DNA of 55,525 nt from an uncultured Planctomycetota bacterium (GCA_902772705.1 CACYBR010000134.1:1-55525), one strand, 5' to 3'; counted from the first letter of the stretch, positions 18,900 through 28,399 are shown. Numbers and translations are program-made. Notes: generated by a model not told the origin, from the sequence alone.

Positions 18900-19832
18900 T
18901 TAAAAAAGGTCCTGCCGTCGTACTTGAATCATTGTATCTATCGGGCTCCCCTGTTTCAACTCCCGCGATTTTTTTAAATCTCGTTCGGCCTCTTCATCTC
19001 TCCCAAGCGAGCGCTCCGCAAGTCCCCTGTAATAAAACGCCAACGCGTTCTTCTCGTCAATACGAAGAACAGAATCGCACAACAAAACCGTTTGACTGAA
19101 CAAATTTCGTCGATACCAGACGGCGGCGCAGTAAACACGAGTTTCAATCACCTGAGGGTCCAGTAAGTAAGACGTCTCGAAATCTGCCCGCGCGTCGTCA
19201 ATTTTACCAAGAGCCAGTCTGGCAACGCCTCGCAGATTGTAAGTCTCGGCGTCGATCGATTCAATTTCAAGAGCAATAAGACTGTCACAGTCTCGTTCCG
19301 CTTCCTCAAACATTTGCCCTTCAATTTTTATGGCGCATCGGGTCAACATAGCGTTAAAGGGTGAAGAACTCAGTATGATTGCCCTGTCGATCTCTTCCAG
19401 CGACAACCTGTAGTGTCTTTGACTCCTCAAAACCTGAGCTAGTTCAAACGCCACTCCAGTCTGGCTGGGTTCAAGTTCTTCGGCTCTTCGCAACGCCTCA
19501 ACCGACTCGTTCAAACGACCGACGCGATGAAGCGTCACGCCTTTGCCAAACCACAATTTCGCGTCGTGAGGAGATATTTTGAGAGCCTTGTCAAAAGCAC
19601 GGATTGCCGCTTCAAACCTTTTCTGCTTGAGAAAGGTCGACGCGCGTGAACGCCAAAAGAAGGGCAAAAAGTAATACCAAAACAGGATCAGCGCGACAAC
19701 AACACACGCCCCCACAAAACCTAAAGAGTTATTTATAGCGGCGTCCGCAGAGGGGATTATGTCGATTGCAATGAAAACGTTCATCAGAGTCCCGCATTCG
19801 GCGTAAAAGCAACCCAGTTTCCGAAACAACAT
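18900..19832 (-). CDS. Membrane-anchored TPR-repeat protein
   Basis: 310 aa. A TM segment (GACVVVALILFWYYFLPFFW) is followed by several 34-residue TPR-like units (AIRAFDKALKISPHDAKLWFGKG...). The start codon is uncertain. Confidence 0.65.
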   Translation of the reverse strand: MLFRKLGCFYAECGTLMNVFIAIDIIPSADAAINNSLGFVGACVVVALILFWYYFLPFFWRSRASTFLKQKRFEAAIRAFDKALKISPHDAKLWFGKGVTLHRVGRLNESVEALRRAEELEPSQTGVAFELAQVLRSQRHYRLSLEEIDRAIILSSSPFNAMLTRCAIKIEGQMFEEAERDCDSLIALEIESIDAETYNLRGVARLALGKIDDARADFETSYLLDPQVIETRVYCAAVWYRRNLFSQTVLLCDSVLRIDEKNALAFYYRGLAERSLGRDEEAERDLKKSRELKQGSPIDTMIQVRRQDLF

Positions 19833-20033
19833 ACGCTCCAGATTACTGAAGTTTAACAGTTAACAGGTCTTCTTAAAAGATAAAAACTGTCTCTTTCAAA
19901 AAAGAAATAGAATTCTGGAAGGGAACGCCGATTAATAACGTAAAGAGAGCTTGCTTTAAACGCGGAGCTTTGACGCAACGCTTAACCCAGTATTGTTCAG
20001 GCGAAGCTCCTATCGTATTCCAATGGTGACGCA

Positions 20034-20825
20034 ATGACAACAGATCATCGAGACGCTGAAATCGCTGAACTCAAGGAAAAGGTTCGTCAACTTGAAAGAG
20101 CGCTGGCTGACGTTCAATCTCTATCGTCCGTTGGGGAACTCGCTGGCACCACAGCTCATGAATTCAACAACATTCTCACGTTGACAATCAATTACGCGCG
20201 TATGGGCTTGCGTCATCAGGACGTCGACACGCGAGATGAAATGTTTAACAAAATTCTCGAAGCGTCCAATCGAGCGGCCAAGATCGTTAGAGTCGTTTTA
20301 GGACTTGCCAGAAACAGAAAACCGGGGAAGGAACCTACTGATCTCAAAGAACTTGTCGAAGCTGTTCTCTTGCTCCTTGATCGTGAAATGACAAAATATC
20401 GCGTTTCAATCGAGCGAAGATTTGAAGATATCCCAAGCGTACTTGCCAACGGCAACCAGATTCAACAGGTTTTGATCAATCTCCTTGTAAACGCGCGGCA
20501 GGCCTCTCCCAATGGAGGAACAGTCGTTATCAAACTGCAACGATGCAAAGAAGCGCCTGATTACGTCGAAATCGTCGTTCGAGACCATGGAACCGGTATT
20601 CCTAAAGATAAACTCGTTCATATTTTTGACATGTTTTACTCCACGAAAAAAGGTCCTGATTCAACCGGAAAAGGCGGTTCAGGGCTTGGGCTTTCCATGT
20701 GTAAACGTATCGTTGAAGACCATGCGGGAAAGATTCGTGTCGAAAGCTCTGTCGGCAAAGGAACCGCGTTTACAATCAGACTCCCTGCCGTGAAAGAAGA
20801 CAACGCTTCGAAAGCGTCTGAATGA
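20034..20825 (+). CDS. Soluble orphan sensor histidine kinase (coiled coil + HisKA + HATPase_c)
   Basis: 263 aa. The H-box is GELAGTTAHEFNNILT, the N-box LLVNARQA, the G1 box VRDHGTGIP and the G2 box GGSGLGLSMCKRIV. There is no TM or sensor domain and no adjacent response regulator. Confidence 0.85.
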   Translation: MTTDHRDAEIAELKEKVRQLERALADVQSLSSVGELAGTTAHEFNNILTLTINYARMGLRHQDVDTRDEMFNKILEASNRAAKIVRVVLGLARNRKPGKEPTDLKELVEAVLLLLDREMTKYRVSIERRFEDIPSVLANGNQIQQVLINLLVNARQASPNGGTVVIKLQRCKEAPDYVEIVVRDHGTGIPKDKLVHIFDMFYSTKKGPDSTGKGGSGLGLSMCKRIVEDHAGKIRVESSVGKGTAFTIRLPAVKEDNASKASE

Positions 20826-20873
20826 TAAACGTCGTAAAAAACCAATAAAAAAACAAATTTTTCGAAAGAATAG

Positions 20874-20902
20874 TTGGAAAACGACAGAGGATAGGTTATA
20901 CT
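20874..20902 (+). promoter_or_regulatory. Candidate sigma70-type promoter
   Basis: TTGGAA-N17-TATACT, located in the HK-downstream intergenic region. Confidence 0.35.
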
Positions 20903-20953
20903 GGGACTGCGGGCTTTTCAGCGTTCATTGTTTTGTGCGTTTTTAAAGTCTGT

Positions 20954-20999
20954 CCGCCCTCGGTGGTTCAGTTGTTCCCGATAGGAGCGGCGGCTTTTT
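20954..20999 (+). terminator. Terminator-like hairpin about 50 nt downstream of the candidate promoter
   Basis: ccgccctc pairs with gag(c)ggcgg, giving 8 bp with one bulge. CTTTTTA follows. Confidence 0.35.
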
Positions 21000-21030
21000 A
21001 TTGATTTGACAAGAATCCCTGGGAATTACG

Positions 21031-21213
21031 ATGTCGAAGTTTTTGTGCATTTTCTCGGCGGCAATTTCCGCAATTCTGTTCCTCGTTTTCACCCTTGATC
21101 TCGTCGCCGGAATTCCGTTCAAAAAAGCCAACGCTCTGTTTGACATTATTTTCATCGTCAGTATGCTTGGGGTCGCGACGCTAAGCGTTCTCAGTCTCCT
21201 TAAGCAAAAGTAG
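21031..21213 (+). CDS. Small two-TM membrane protein (60 aa)
   Basis: MSKFLCIFSAAISAILFLVFTLDLVAGIPFKKANALFDIIFIVSMLGVATLSVLSLLKQK has two hydrophobic helices joined by a KK loop. GGGAA lies upstream of the ATG. Confidence 0.45.
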   Translation: MSKFLCIFSAAISAILFLVFTLDLVAGIPFKKANALFDIIFIVSMLGVATLSVLSLLKQK

Positions 21214-21833
21214 TCTTTTAGCAGCGCTCCCCTGCGTCTCGCGACGACGCCCACTCTTCGTAAGAAATCGCGTGTCCGCACGTCGGAAAGACGTAAAGAA
21301 ACAAAAAAAGAAAGAGTCTCTCCGAAAATGTAATTGCGACCAGGAAACTGCCGCTGCGAGACGAGTGGTCGCACGGGCGTGCACCTGCACTAGCCGACTG
21401 GTGGCGACGACTCACGCTATTGTTGACCATCCGGGCAAAAAAGTTCGGAGAAACTCCAGCTCCCATTTTACTCCTTTTCCTGCGTGCGGGCAACCAGTAT
21501 TTTCCGTTTTGTCCAAAATTTCTATCTGATCTTTAGATTCTCCGATGTTTTCGGCTCTGATTCTTCCGAGGATCCGTCGTAAAAAGCTGGCGTTGATAGT
21601 CGCAATCTTATAAAATGGCGCATTTTTTGACATCAGGGATACTAATGCCGTAAAAAAGCATAAAAAGGGAAAGTTTTTTAACAACTGGGTTGGAAAACTG
21701 GGTATAATACAATTGAGGCTGGAAAGAGTTCTGGCTTCAATGTGTCGTATGTTTTTGCGATGGCTGTGAAGCGTTTGGGCGGAGGCATTTCGCATAGACA
21801 CAAAATCAGGTCTAAGGATAAAGCGATAAAACA

Positions 21834-22310
21834 ATGGCTAGCAATTCTAAATATGAGCTCGTGAGCCCTATTGGAGCCGTTGAAACCAACTCCAACGCCT
21901 CAACGATTACACAGAATGTTGAACATCAGACCGAAGTCGCCGATTTGCTTCGTCATCTGATTCTGGTTCAGGCAAAGCAGAACGAGTTGTTGCAGGAAGT
22001 AGTCAATCAGCTCAGTTTCGCACAACGTCAGCGCAATCTGGAACTTGCTCAATGGAAAAAAGCCAACCCCATTCTGGCTCATTCCTGTAAAATTGCCGCA
22101 GATCGACTCGGCAAAATTCAAACGGAATTTCTGGCAGGGTTGGCCAGCGAGATAGACGACAGCTTTGAAAACCTTCAGGAAAGCGAGTATCTCCTGAGTG
22201 AGTTTTTTGACAAATATGGTCCCAGAATCGTTCATTTGAACACGCTTTTGCAAACGCTTTCAGTTTTGGGCAACGCGCCGGATTTCCCCAAGCCTGTCTC
22301 TAATTCCTGA
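21834..22310 (+). CDS. Hypothetical helical protein
   Basis: 158-aa ORF with no recognisable motif. Coding-like composition. Confidence 0.5.
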   Translation: MASNSKYELVSPIGAVETNSNASTITQNVEHQTEVADLLRHLILVQAKQNELLQEVVNQLSFAQRQRNLELAQWKKANPILAHSCKIAADRLGKIQTEFLAGLASEIDDSFENLQESEYLLSEFFDKYGPRIVHLNTLLQTLSVLGNAPDFPKPVSNS

Positions 22311-22330
22311 AAAGACGTTCCTCACTATCT

Positions 22331-22357
22331 GCGCGCCGTGTTCTAAACGCGGCGCGC
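22331..22357 (+). terminator. GC hairpin after the 158-aa ORF
   Basis: gcgcgccg with cggcgcgc forms an 8-bp stem. The T-tract is weak. Confidence 0.35.
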
Positions 22358-22520
22358 GTAGTATTTGCATTCCATGTCAAACATCGTTTGGCGGGCAATC
22401 CTTCCACTGCGTTCATACCTCCTCGTTTTTCATTCGGACGTTAACATTCGTTTCGTCATGAATTTCCCAGCGCGTAAGAGCCTCTACCACGCCGGGGATT
22501 TCTTGAGAAAGGAGCTTCCC

Positions 22521-23669
22521 TTGAAAATCCGTAGTTCACGTTCATTCCGTTTGGCAACTCTCGCCATCGTTTCAATAACGCTGTTCGCGTCGCTCCAAAC
22601 TTCCTATGCTCAGGACAACGACGACTCAATCGTTCCAACTGCAAAGCTTGTCAAACTTAACGACGGCGATCTTCGTGTTTTCATCGGTTCAGAATTCTTC
22701 GCAGAATATCGAGCCGACTATAAAGGAACTCCTATTGTCTGGCCAATCTGCGGGCCCAATCGTTCTCTGGTAACCCGCGCATGGCCTATGATCGACGACG
22801 TCAACGTTGAGGGCGAGTCCGACAAAACCATGATGACGATCTATAAAAACGCCGTTATCTCCGAACGAAACGGCGTCAAAGATCACCCCCATCATCGTTC
22901 TTTCTGGTTCAATCATGGCGCCGTTAACAATGGCGATTTCTGGGGGGGAACGCCTTCGACGATTCGTCAAATAAAACTCGTTTCTGCTACCGAAGAAAAC
23001 AATACTGTAAAGATTGTTACGGAAAACGTCTGGCGGCATGATAAACTTCAACGAGATATTTGTCGGGATGTTCGCACCATTGTTTTTGGCGTGTCGCCCG
23101 ATCTCCCCAATGTTCGTTTCATCGATTTCTCCATTGAAATTTACGCGCTGGAAGACAACGTTGTTTTCGGGGATACGAAAGAAGGCTCCTTTGGCATTCG
23201 CGTCCCCTCTCCCACCGCGCTGACCTCCAAAAAGATTTCTCCCAACTGGGGCGGCGCCATTCTCGACGATCTCGGTAATAAAGATGGCGACACGTGGGGC
23301 AAGCAGGCAAATTGGGTCAACTACACCGGTCCCGTTGAAAAATTCCTTGAAGGCGACGAACTGGAAGTCGAGTACAAAAAGGGGGAAAAAGCTGGCAATT
23401 TTCCGCTTACTCAAATGGGAATTGCCGTCCTCAACGGTCCCAATTCTCTTGGAATCGTACCTTGGCGACATGTTCGAGATTATGGACTTTTCTCCAGCAA
23501 TCCCTTCGGTCAAAAGGATTTTGAGCCCAATAATCCCAAGGCAAACGGTTCACGATCTCTAAATCGCAACGAATCGATGAGCTTCAATTTCCGCGTCCTG
23601 TTCCATGACGGCACGCTCACCGAGGAAGAACTAAACAACGCTTACTCAAACTACCGAAATCAGGAGTAA
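22521..23669 (+). CDS. Secreted PmoA-family (DUF6807-like) protein
   Basis: The HPHHRSFWFNHGAVNNGDFW motif is typical of this family. I prefer the TTG start at 22521 because it has an AAGGAG RBS 7 nt upstream and yields the signal peptide MKIRSSRSFRLATLAIVSITLFASLQTSYAQ. The track ORF starts at 22365. Confidence 0.7.
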   Translation: MKIRSSRSFRLATLAIVSITLFASLQTSYAQDNDDSIVPTAKLVKLNDGDLRVFIGSEFFAEYRADYKGTPIVWPICGPNRSLVTRAWPMIDDVNVEGESDKTMMTIYKNAVISERNGVKDHPHHRSFWFNHGAVNNGDFWGGTPSTIRQIKLVSATEENNTVKIVTENVWRHDKLQRDICRDVRTIVFGVSPDLPNVRFIDFSIEIYALEDNVVFGDTKEGSFGIRVPSPTALTSKKISPNWGGAILDDLGNKDGDTWGKQANWVNYTGPVEKFLEGDELEVEYKKGEKAGNFPLTQMGIAVLNGPNSLGIVPWRHVRDYGLFSSNPFGQKDFEPNNPKANGSRSLNRNESMSFNFRVLFHDGTLTEEELNNAYSNYRNQE

Positions 23670-23756
23670 ACTACGTCAATAAACAGACACGTTCTTCGTC
23701 GTTTTTCGGTCAATTTGAACCTCGTCGCAAAACTCTCGAAAGTTGAGTCATAAACA

Positions 23757-25031
23757 ATGAAATCTCGAACTTTTAACGCAATGTGTCCTCACTGCAGAGA
23801 ACCCTACGTTAACTTCAAGATCGAACTGTTAGGCAAAAAAGCCAGATGTGTCAACTGTGGAAAAGTTTTTGTCTTGACCGAACAGAACGACGAAGACAGC
23901 CTTATTCGAGTCGATTTTAATCCTAAATCTCCTCCTGTTAGATTGACGCAGGACGACGGATCGTTTGCGCCAGACTCGCCCGCTACCGAGTCCAGTCTTC
24001 TCAACGCGACGACTCAAAAAGCCGCTGTTTCCAGCGTTTCCTTCTTTCCATATGTTAGTGGAACTTCAAACGATAGAATTGAGGAAACAACGTCAAGACT
24101 CAGAGAGACGCAAGGGCTCGCTTTCGGCGATGAGTTTAACGACTCTCTCAAAGACAAATTCAAGGACAAGTTTCCCGATCCTCCCAAAGGCGTGTGGCAG
24201 GCAGGCGAGGTGCTTCTTAACGGCATGTGTCAGGTTTTACCGCTTTCTCCTAACCAGCTGTACGCAGAGGGCGGCGTTGGCGTCGTTCAAAGAGTCCGAC
24301 GTCGAGACTGGAACGTGGACCTCATCGTCAAAAGCCCTAAACCAGGGGTTGTCACAACAGAAAGCGGCAAGGAAAACTTCGAACGTGAATGTCAGACCTG
24401 GATCGAACTCGGTCTCCACGCGAATATCGTCTCCTGTTATTTCGTGCGCCGTATCGATGGAATTCCCCGACTATTCGCCGAGTACGCGCCGGACGGCACG
24501 CTGCGTGACTGGATCTCAAACAAGCGTATCTATACCGGTTCTCCCTTGGAGATTCAAGCGCGTCTGATTGATATCGCGATCCAATTTGCCTGGGGACTCG
24601 AGCACGCGCACAGTCAGGGTCTCCTACACCTCGACGTCAAGCCTGGCAACGTTATGACCTCTGGAACCACGATCAAAGTTACAGACTTTGGCCTTTCCAA
24701 GTTTGCGTCTGAACTTAACGAGTCGGGTGATCCGGCGTCCAATTACTGTGAAGGCATGACGCCCTCGTACTGTTCGCCCGAGCAATATGAAGCGTTCCAA
24801 ATCTACAAGAGGCGACGCGAAGAAGGCGCGTCTTCCAGAAATAAGATCGCAACCGTTCCCATGACCAAGCAGTCTGATATCTGGTCGTGGGCAATCTCTG
24901 TCCTTTCGATGTTCCATGGACGTTCCCCTTGTAAGCTAGGCGGACAGACTGCCGCCGAAGTGTTTGAAGTGTTCCTTAAATCTCAGGAGCCTGGCGGTCC
25001 TCGTCCATCGATGCCGCCAGGGATGGTATAG
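23757..25031 (+). CDS. Ser/Thr protein kinase with an N-terminal zinc ribbon; the frame ends at an in-frame TAG inside the kinase domain
   Basis: The zinc ribbon is CPHCREPY...CVNCGKVF. Kinase motifs are IVKSPK (Lys), LHLDVKPGNVM, VTDFGLSK, YCSPEQ and DIWSWAISV. Subdomain XI is missing from this ORF and is encoded immediately after the TAG at 25029-25031. Confidence 0.8.
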   Translation: MKSRTFNAMCPHCREPYVNFKIELLGKKARCVNCGKVFVLTEQNDEDSLIRVDFNPKSPPVRLTQDDGSFAPDSPATESSLLNATTQKAAVSSVSFFPYVSGTSNDRIEETTSRLRETQGLAFGDEFNDSLKDKFKDKFPDPPKGVWQAGEVLLNGMCQVLPLSPNQLYAEGGVGVVQRVRRRDWNVDLIVKSPKPGVVTTESGKENFERECQTWIELGLHANIVSCYFVRRIDGIPRLFAEYAPDGTLRDWISNKRIYTGSPLEIQARLIDIAIQFAWGLEHAHSQGLLHLDVKPGNVMTSGTTIKVTDFGLSKFASELNESGDPASNYCEGMTPSYCSPEQYEAFQIYKRRREEGASSRNKIATVPMTKQSDIWSWAISVLSMFHGRSPCKLGGQTAAEVFEVFLKSQEPGGPRPSMPPGMV

Positions 25032-25079
25032 CTTCTTCGCTGGTGCTTCCAAAAAAATCCGGCCGATCGTCCCGAGTCT

Positions 25080-27689
25080 ATGCAATTCGTGGCGGATCGA
25101 CTCGTTGATGTTTATGAAGAAACAATCGGCGTTAAGTATCCTCGACGTCAACCGCAAAACGCTGCGTTGACAGCCGAAAGCTTTTCCAATAAAGCCATTT
25201 CCCTGCTGGATTTGGGCAAAACGACAGAAGCGCTTGAGCTCTTAAACGAAGCTTCTGAAATTGAACCCAATCATCCGTTGATTGCCTTCAACAGTTCGCT
25301 GGCGCTTTGGCGATCCGGCAAGATATTGGACACTCAGGCAGTTAAAAGGGTTGAAGAACTCGTCCAGAACAGAGCGTTCGACGCGTCGTCCTTCTACGTT
25401 TCGGGCCTCACACAAATTGAACGAGGCAATCTGAAATCAGCTATCAGCGCCTTTGAACGGGTTATTGAACTTGATCCTCAGCGTAGCAACGTTCGTCGTT
25501 TGTTGCCTCAGTTGGAAAATCTTCGTGTTCTGGATTCACAATGTCTAACTCAATACGTACTTAGAAAACCAGACGAAAACACGCCTCCCGTCTTGTATAT
25601 TTCGGAGGACGAGAATCTTTTGCTGGTTGAACTTGTCGATGGTCAATTTGCGACGCTAAGCGCAATCACGGGCGAAACACAAATGAAGTTTCAACCGTCC
25701 GACGCGTCAACAGCCTCGAGTTCTTCAAAGGCAACTCAAGTTGCCGTCAGCGAAGACTATCGTTGGAATCTTACGATTCGTAACGATAACTACGCGACAA
25801 TTAAGCCGGCAATGTTTAAAAACGTCCAAGACCAAAGTGTTCGAATTCGATTTAGAAAGGTAGATTGGAACGCGCTTGTCGCTCGTAGCGTCAAACTTGC
25901 GTTACGTTCCAACAAACCTTCTTCGCAATCTCCTGTTGTTCAAATTCTTCACTTTGTCCCAGAACCGAACGGCGTCGCCGTGGTCTGCAAAGATAAAATC
26001 AGAAGCAAAATAGTCGACGAGAATCGAACAATAACATCGTTTGCCGTATCCAACGACGGAAAATGGATCGCGACTGGAAACGACGTTTCAGAAATCAAAA
26101 TCTGGAATGTGCAAGAAAGACGATGCGTACGCACGTTCCTCGGACTTGGAAGCACCGTCGAAGGGGTCTGGTTCGATTCTCAAAAACGATACGTAATCGC
26201 TCTGAGTAAAGGAAACTGTTGTCAGTTCTTTAGCGTTCAATTGATCTGCAATTTCCCCGAAAAGATTCACGCGCCTCATCAACTTTGCCAGATCAATTCG
26301 TCGGAAGAACTGCTTGAACGTCAAACAAAGTTTGAGGAACTCGTCAATCAGGCCAAAGCGGCAGATGAAAACGGCGATGTGGAATCGGTCGTTAATATAT
26401 TCCATAAAATTCGGGGAATTGAAGGCTGGGAAACAACCAGATCTGTTTTCGAACGACTTCTGGAACGCAGAGCTCTTCGCTCAGGCATACTAGAATTAAC
26501 GCCGTCGTTGCAGATTTCCGCACACGAGGGAGTAACGTCAACGCTCGCGACTTCATGGAACGGATCGTTCCTTGCTTCGGCGGGAAAAGATTCGACAATC
26601 CGAGTGTGGACGCGTCGTGAGGGAAAATCCCCCAATCAGTGGGGGCAAATCCTCGACCTTGACTCCCATTACGACTGGATTCGCACGATCGCGTTATCTC
26701 CTAACGATCGTTTTCTCGCTTCTGCAGGATGGGATCAGCGCGTTTACTTGTGGGATCTTGCGTCTGGCAAAAGAATTCGGACTCTTCCAGAACACGCTAA
26801 AAGTCCAACCAATTTGGTCTTTGCGCCTGACGGGCGCACGCTTGCGCTCGCAACGGCAAACGGAGCCGTTACGCTCTATGATTTTGCGACAACAAAAACG
26901 TTGCTGAGGCTTAACGTTGGCGCAGGCGAAGTTTATTCGCTCGTTTTCAGTCGCGACGGAAGATTCTTCGTCACCTCGACAGACGACGCAGTCCAATTTT
27001 GGAATGGCCGTAGCCAATTGCCATTCAAGGAAATTAAAGGATTCCCCTCGCCCATCCTCTCGCTTGATCTTTCCTGCGACAATAATCTACTGATCGCGGG
27101 TTGCGCCAACGGCAAGATCATTCTGATTGATCTACCTGACGGTCGCCAGTCGTTCCTTTCAGGACATCTTGGCGAAGTCAGCAAACTCAAGTTATTTTCA
27201 GACTCAAAGTGGCTCGTTTCAACGGGCAAAGATAAAACTCTTCGTCTCTGGGATTTGACAAAGCATGAGGAAACGCTGAAAAACGCGAGTCTTGATGGAG
27301 AAATAACAAGTATCGCCCTTGATTTCACCGGCATGACGCTCTTTACAGGAGCGGAAAACGGGATGGTTCGCAAATGGAATATCCAGTGGGATTATGAAAC
27401 GCCGACGCCGAGAAATCATGGAGGAGGAGTAAATCGTCTCATCACCTCTCTGACCACGTCTCACGCACTGAAAGAGTATTACGCAATGGCCGCCTCGCCT
27501 CGTAATTACTACGGAAGCGGGGCTGATGAAATCCCCACTCGATTCAGCCAAACGCCTTTAAACGACAACCTTGTCCATCTGGTCTACGCAGAGGCGCAAT
27601 ATAGGGGACTTGTTGACGTTTCCTATGAAAAGCTCCGTAAAAAAATTGAGAAACTCTGGAAATCAAACGTATCGTTCCCCAATATTTAA
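25080..27689 (+). CDS. TPR + WD40 (7-blade propeller) protein; in frame with the upstream kinase and probably its C-terminal continuation
   Basis: It is in the same frame as 23757 (25080-23757 = 1323 = 3 x 441). Codons 25032-25079 read LLRWCFQKNPADRPES, the kinase subdomain XI signature. TPRs follow (AISLLDLGKTTEALELLNEASEIEPNHP). Then come at least 7 WD repeats (LASAGKDSTIRVWT, LASAGWDQRVYLWDL, VSTGKDKTLRLWDL and others). Confidence 0.8.
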   Translation: MQFVADRLVDVYEETIGVKYPRRQPQNAALTAESFSNKAISLLDLGKTTEALELLNEASEIEPNHPLIAFNSSLALWRSGKILDTQAVKRVEELVQNRAFDASSFYVSGLTQIERGNLKSAISAFERVIELDPQRSNVRRLLPQLENLRVLDSQCLTQYVLRKPDENTPPVLYISEDENLLLVELVDGQFATLSAITGETQMKFQPSDASTASSSSKATQVAVSEDYRWNLTIRNDNYATIKPAMFKNVQDQSVRIRFRKVDWNALVARSVKLALRSNKPSSQSPVVQILHFVPEPNGVAVVCKDKIRSKIVDENRTITSFAVSNDGKWIATGNDVSEIKIWNVQERRCVRTFLGLGSTVEGVWFDSQKRYVIALSKGNCCQFFSVQLICNFPEKIHAPHQLCQINSSEELLERQTKFEELVNQAKAADENGDVESVVNIFHKIRGIEGWETTRSVFERLLERRALRSGILELTPSLQISAHEGVTSTLATSWNGSFLASAGKDSTIRVWTRREGKSPNQWGQILDLDSHYDWIRTIALSPNDRFLASAGWDQRVYLWDLASGKRIRTLPEHAKSPTNLVFAPDGRTLALATANGAVTLYDFATTKTLLRLNVGAGEVYSLVFSRDGRFFVTSTDDAVQFWNGRSQLPFKEIKGFPSPILSLDLSCDNNLLIAGCANGKIILIDLPDGRQSFLSGHLGEVSKLKLFSDSKWLVSTGKDKTLRLWDLTKHEETLKNASLDGEITSIALDFTGMTLFTGAENGMVRKWNIQWDYETPTPRNHGGGVNRLITSLTTSHALKEYYAMAASPRNYYGSGADEIPTRFSQTPLNDNLVHLVYAEAQYRGLVDVSYEKLRKKIEKLWKSNVSFPNI

Positions 27690-27720
27690 AAAGCAATCTC
27701 CAACGCAACGGTCTTTGGAA

Positions 27721-27760
27721 GAACGATCTCCAGTTATGTCTGGAGATCGTTTTCCTTTTT
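27721..27760 (+). terminator. Rho-independent terminator after the WD40 gene
   Basis: A 12-bp stem, aacgatctccag with ctggagatcgtt, and a 6-nt loop, followed by ttccttttt. Confidence 0.7.
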
Positions 27761-27778
27761 AGTAGTCGCATAACAACT

Positions 27779-28384
27779 TCATTGCGTTCGTTCACAATGT
27801 CGAACGCATATTTCGTCTATGAAATCCGGTGAAAGTTCAGAAATGGATCTGGTCTCGGAAGGCGTTCCTTCAAAGGAACCTATCTGACGTTCATACCATG
27901 AGACGTCGAGCCAACGTCCATCCTTCCATCCGGACTTATGAAAAACGCAAAACAATTTGAATCCGCACTTTACATGAAAACGACAGCTTTCTTTATTCTC
28001 GGAAACAACGACCGCATATAAATTTCTATATTCAAGAGCCGTAAGAATTTCAATAAGCGCGCCATAGAGAGCGCTCCCAATTCCCTGTCCACGTTCGTTA
28101 ACGTCGAGATAAACGGTCGTCTCAGCGTCCCAGGAATACGCTTTTCTGGCAAAACATTTATGCGCGTAAGCATAGCCAAGGATTTTTCCATTCCGTTCAT
28201 AGACGAGGTATGGAAAATCTCTGGAAATCTCTCGAACTCGTTCTCTGAACTCCTCGACGCCGGGCGCCGCCGTCTCAAATGAAACGACGGTCTTCTCGAC
28301 ATATGGAGCGTAGATTGCTCTTAAAACATTAGCGTCGTCAAGTGAAGCCAGACGTATTCTTCCCTTAGGTTCGAGCGGTTTCAT
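27779..28384 (-). CDS. GNAT N-acetyltransferase (phosphinothricin-acetyltransferase-like)
   Basis: 201 aa. It reads IRLASLDDANVLRAIYAPYVEKTVVSFE and has the acetyl-CoA motif RGQGIGSALYGALIEIL. Confidence 0.75.
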   Translation of the reverse strand: MKPLEPKGRIRLASLDDANVLRAIYAPYVEKTVVSFETAAPGVEEFRERVREISRDFPYLVYERNGKILGYAYAHKCFARKAYSWDAETTVYLDVNERGQGIGSALYGALIEILTALEYRNLYAVVVSENKESCRFHVKCGFKLFCVFHKSGWKDGRWLDVSWYERQIGSFEGTPSETRSISELSPDFIDEICVRHCERTQ

Positions 28385-28399
28385 TACTGAATAAGCTCC

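Noticed and set aside
20943-21834. Minus-strand ORFs of 143 and 140 aa in the 1-kb gap
   Set aside because: They are Arg/Ser/Phe-rich with implausible composition, overlap each other's frames and have no RBS. The region is treated as non-coding.
22689-23513. 274-aa minus-strand ORF
   Set aside because: It is antisense to the PmoA-family gene.
25029-25031. Genome-wide TAG reassignment (for example pyrrolysine or a sense codon) as the explanation for the in-frame amber
   Set aside because: TAG is the terminal codon of at least three other ORFs in the window, ending at 29764 (minus strand), 51305 and 51788. No pyl genes were seen. A local event is more parsimonious.
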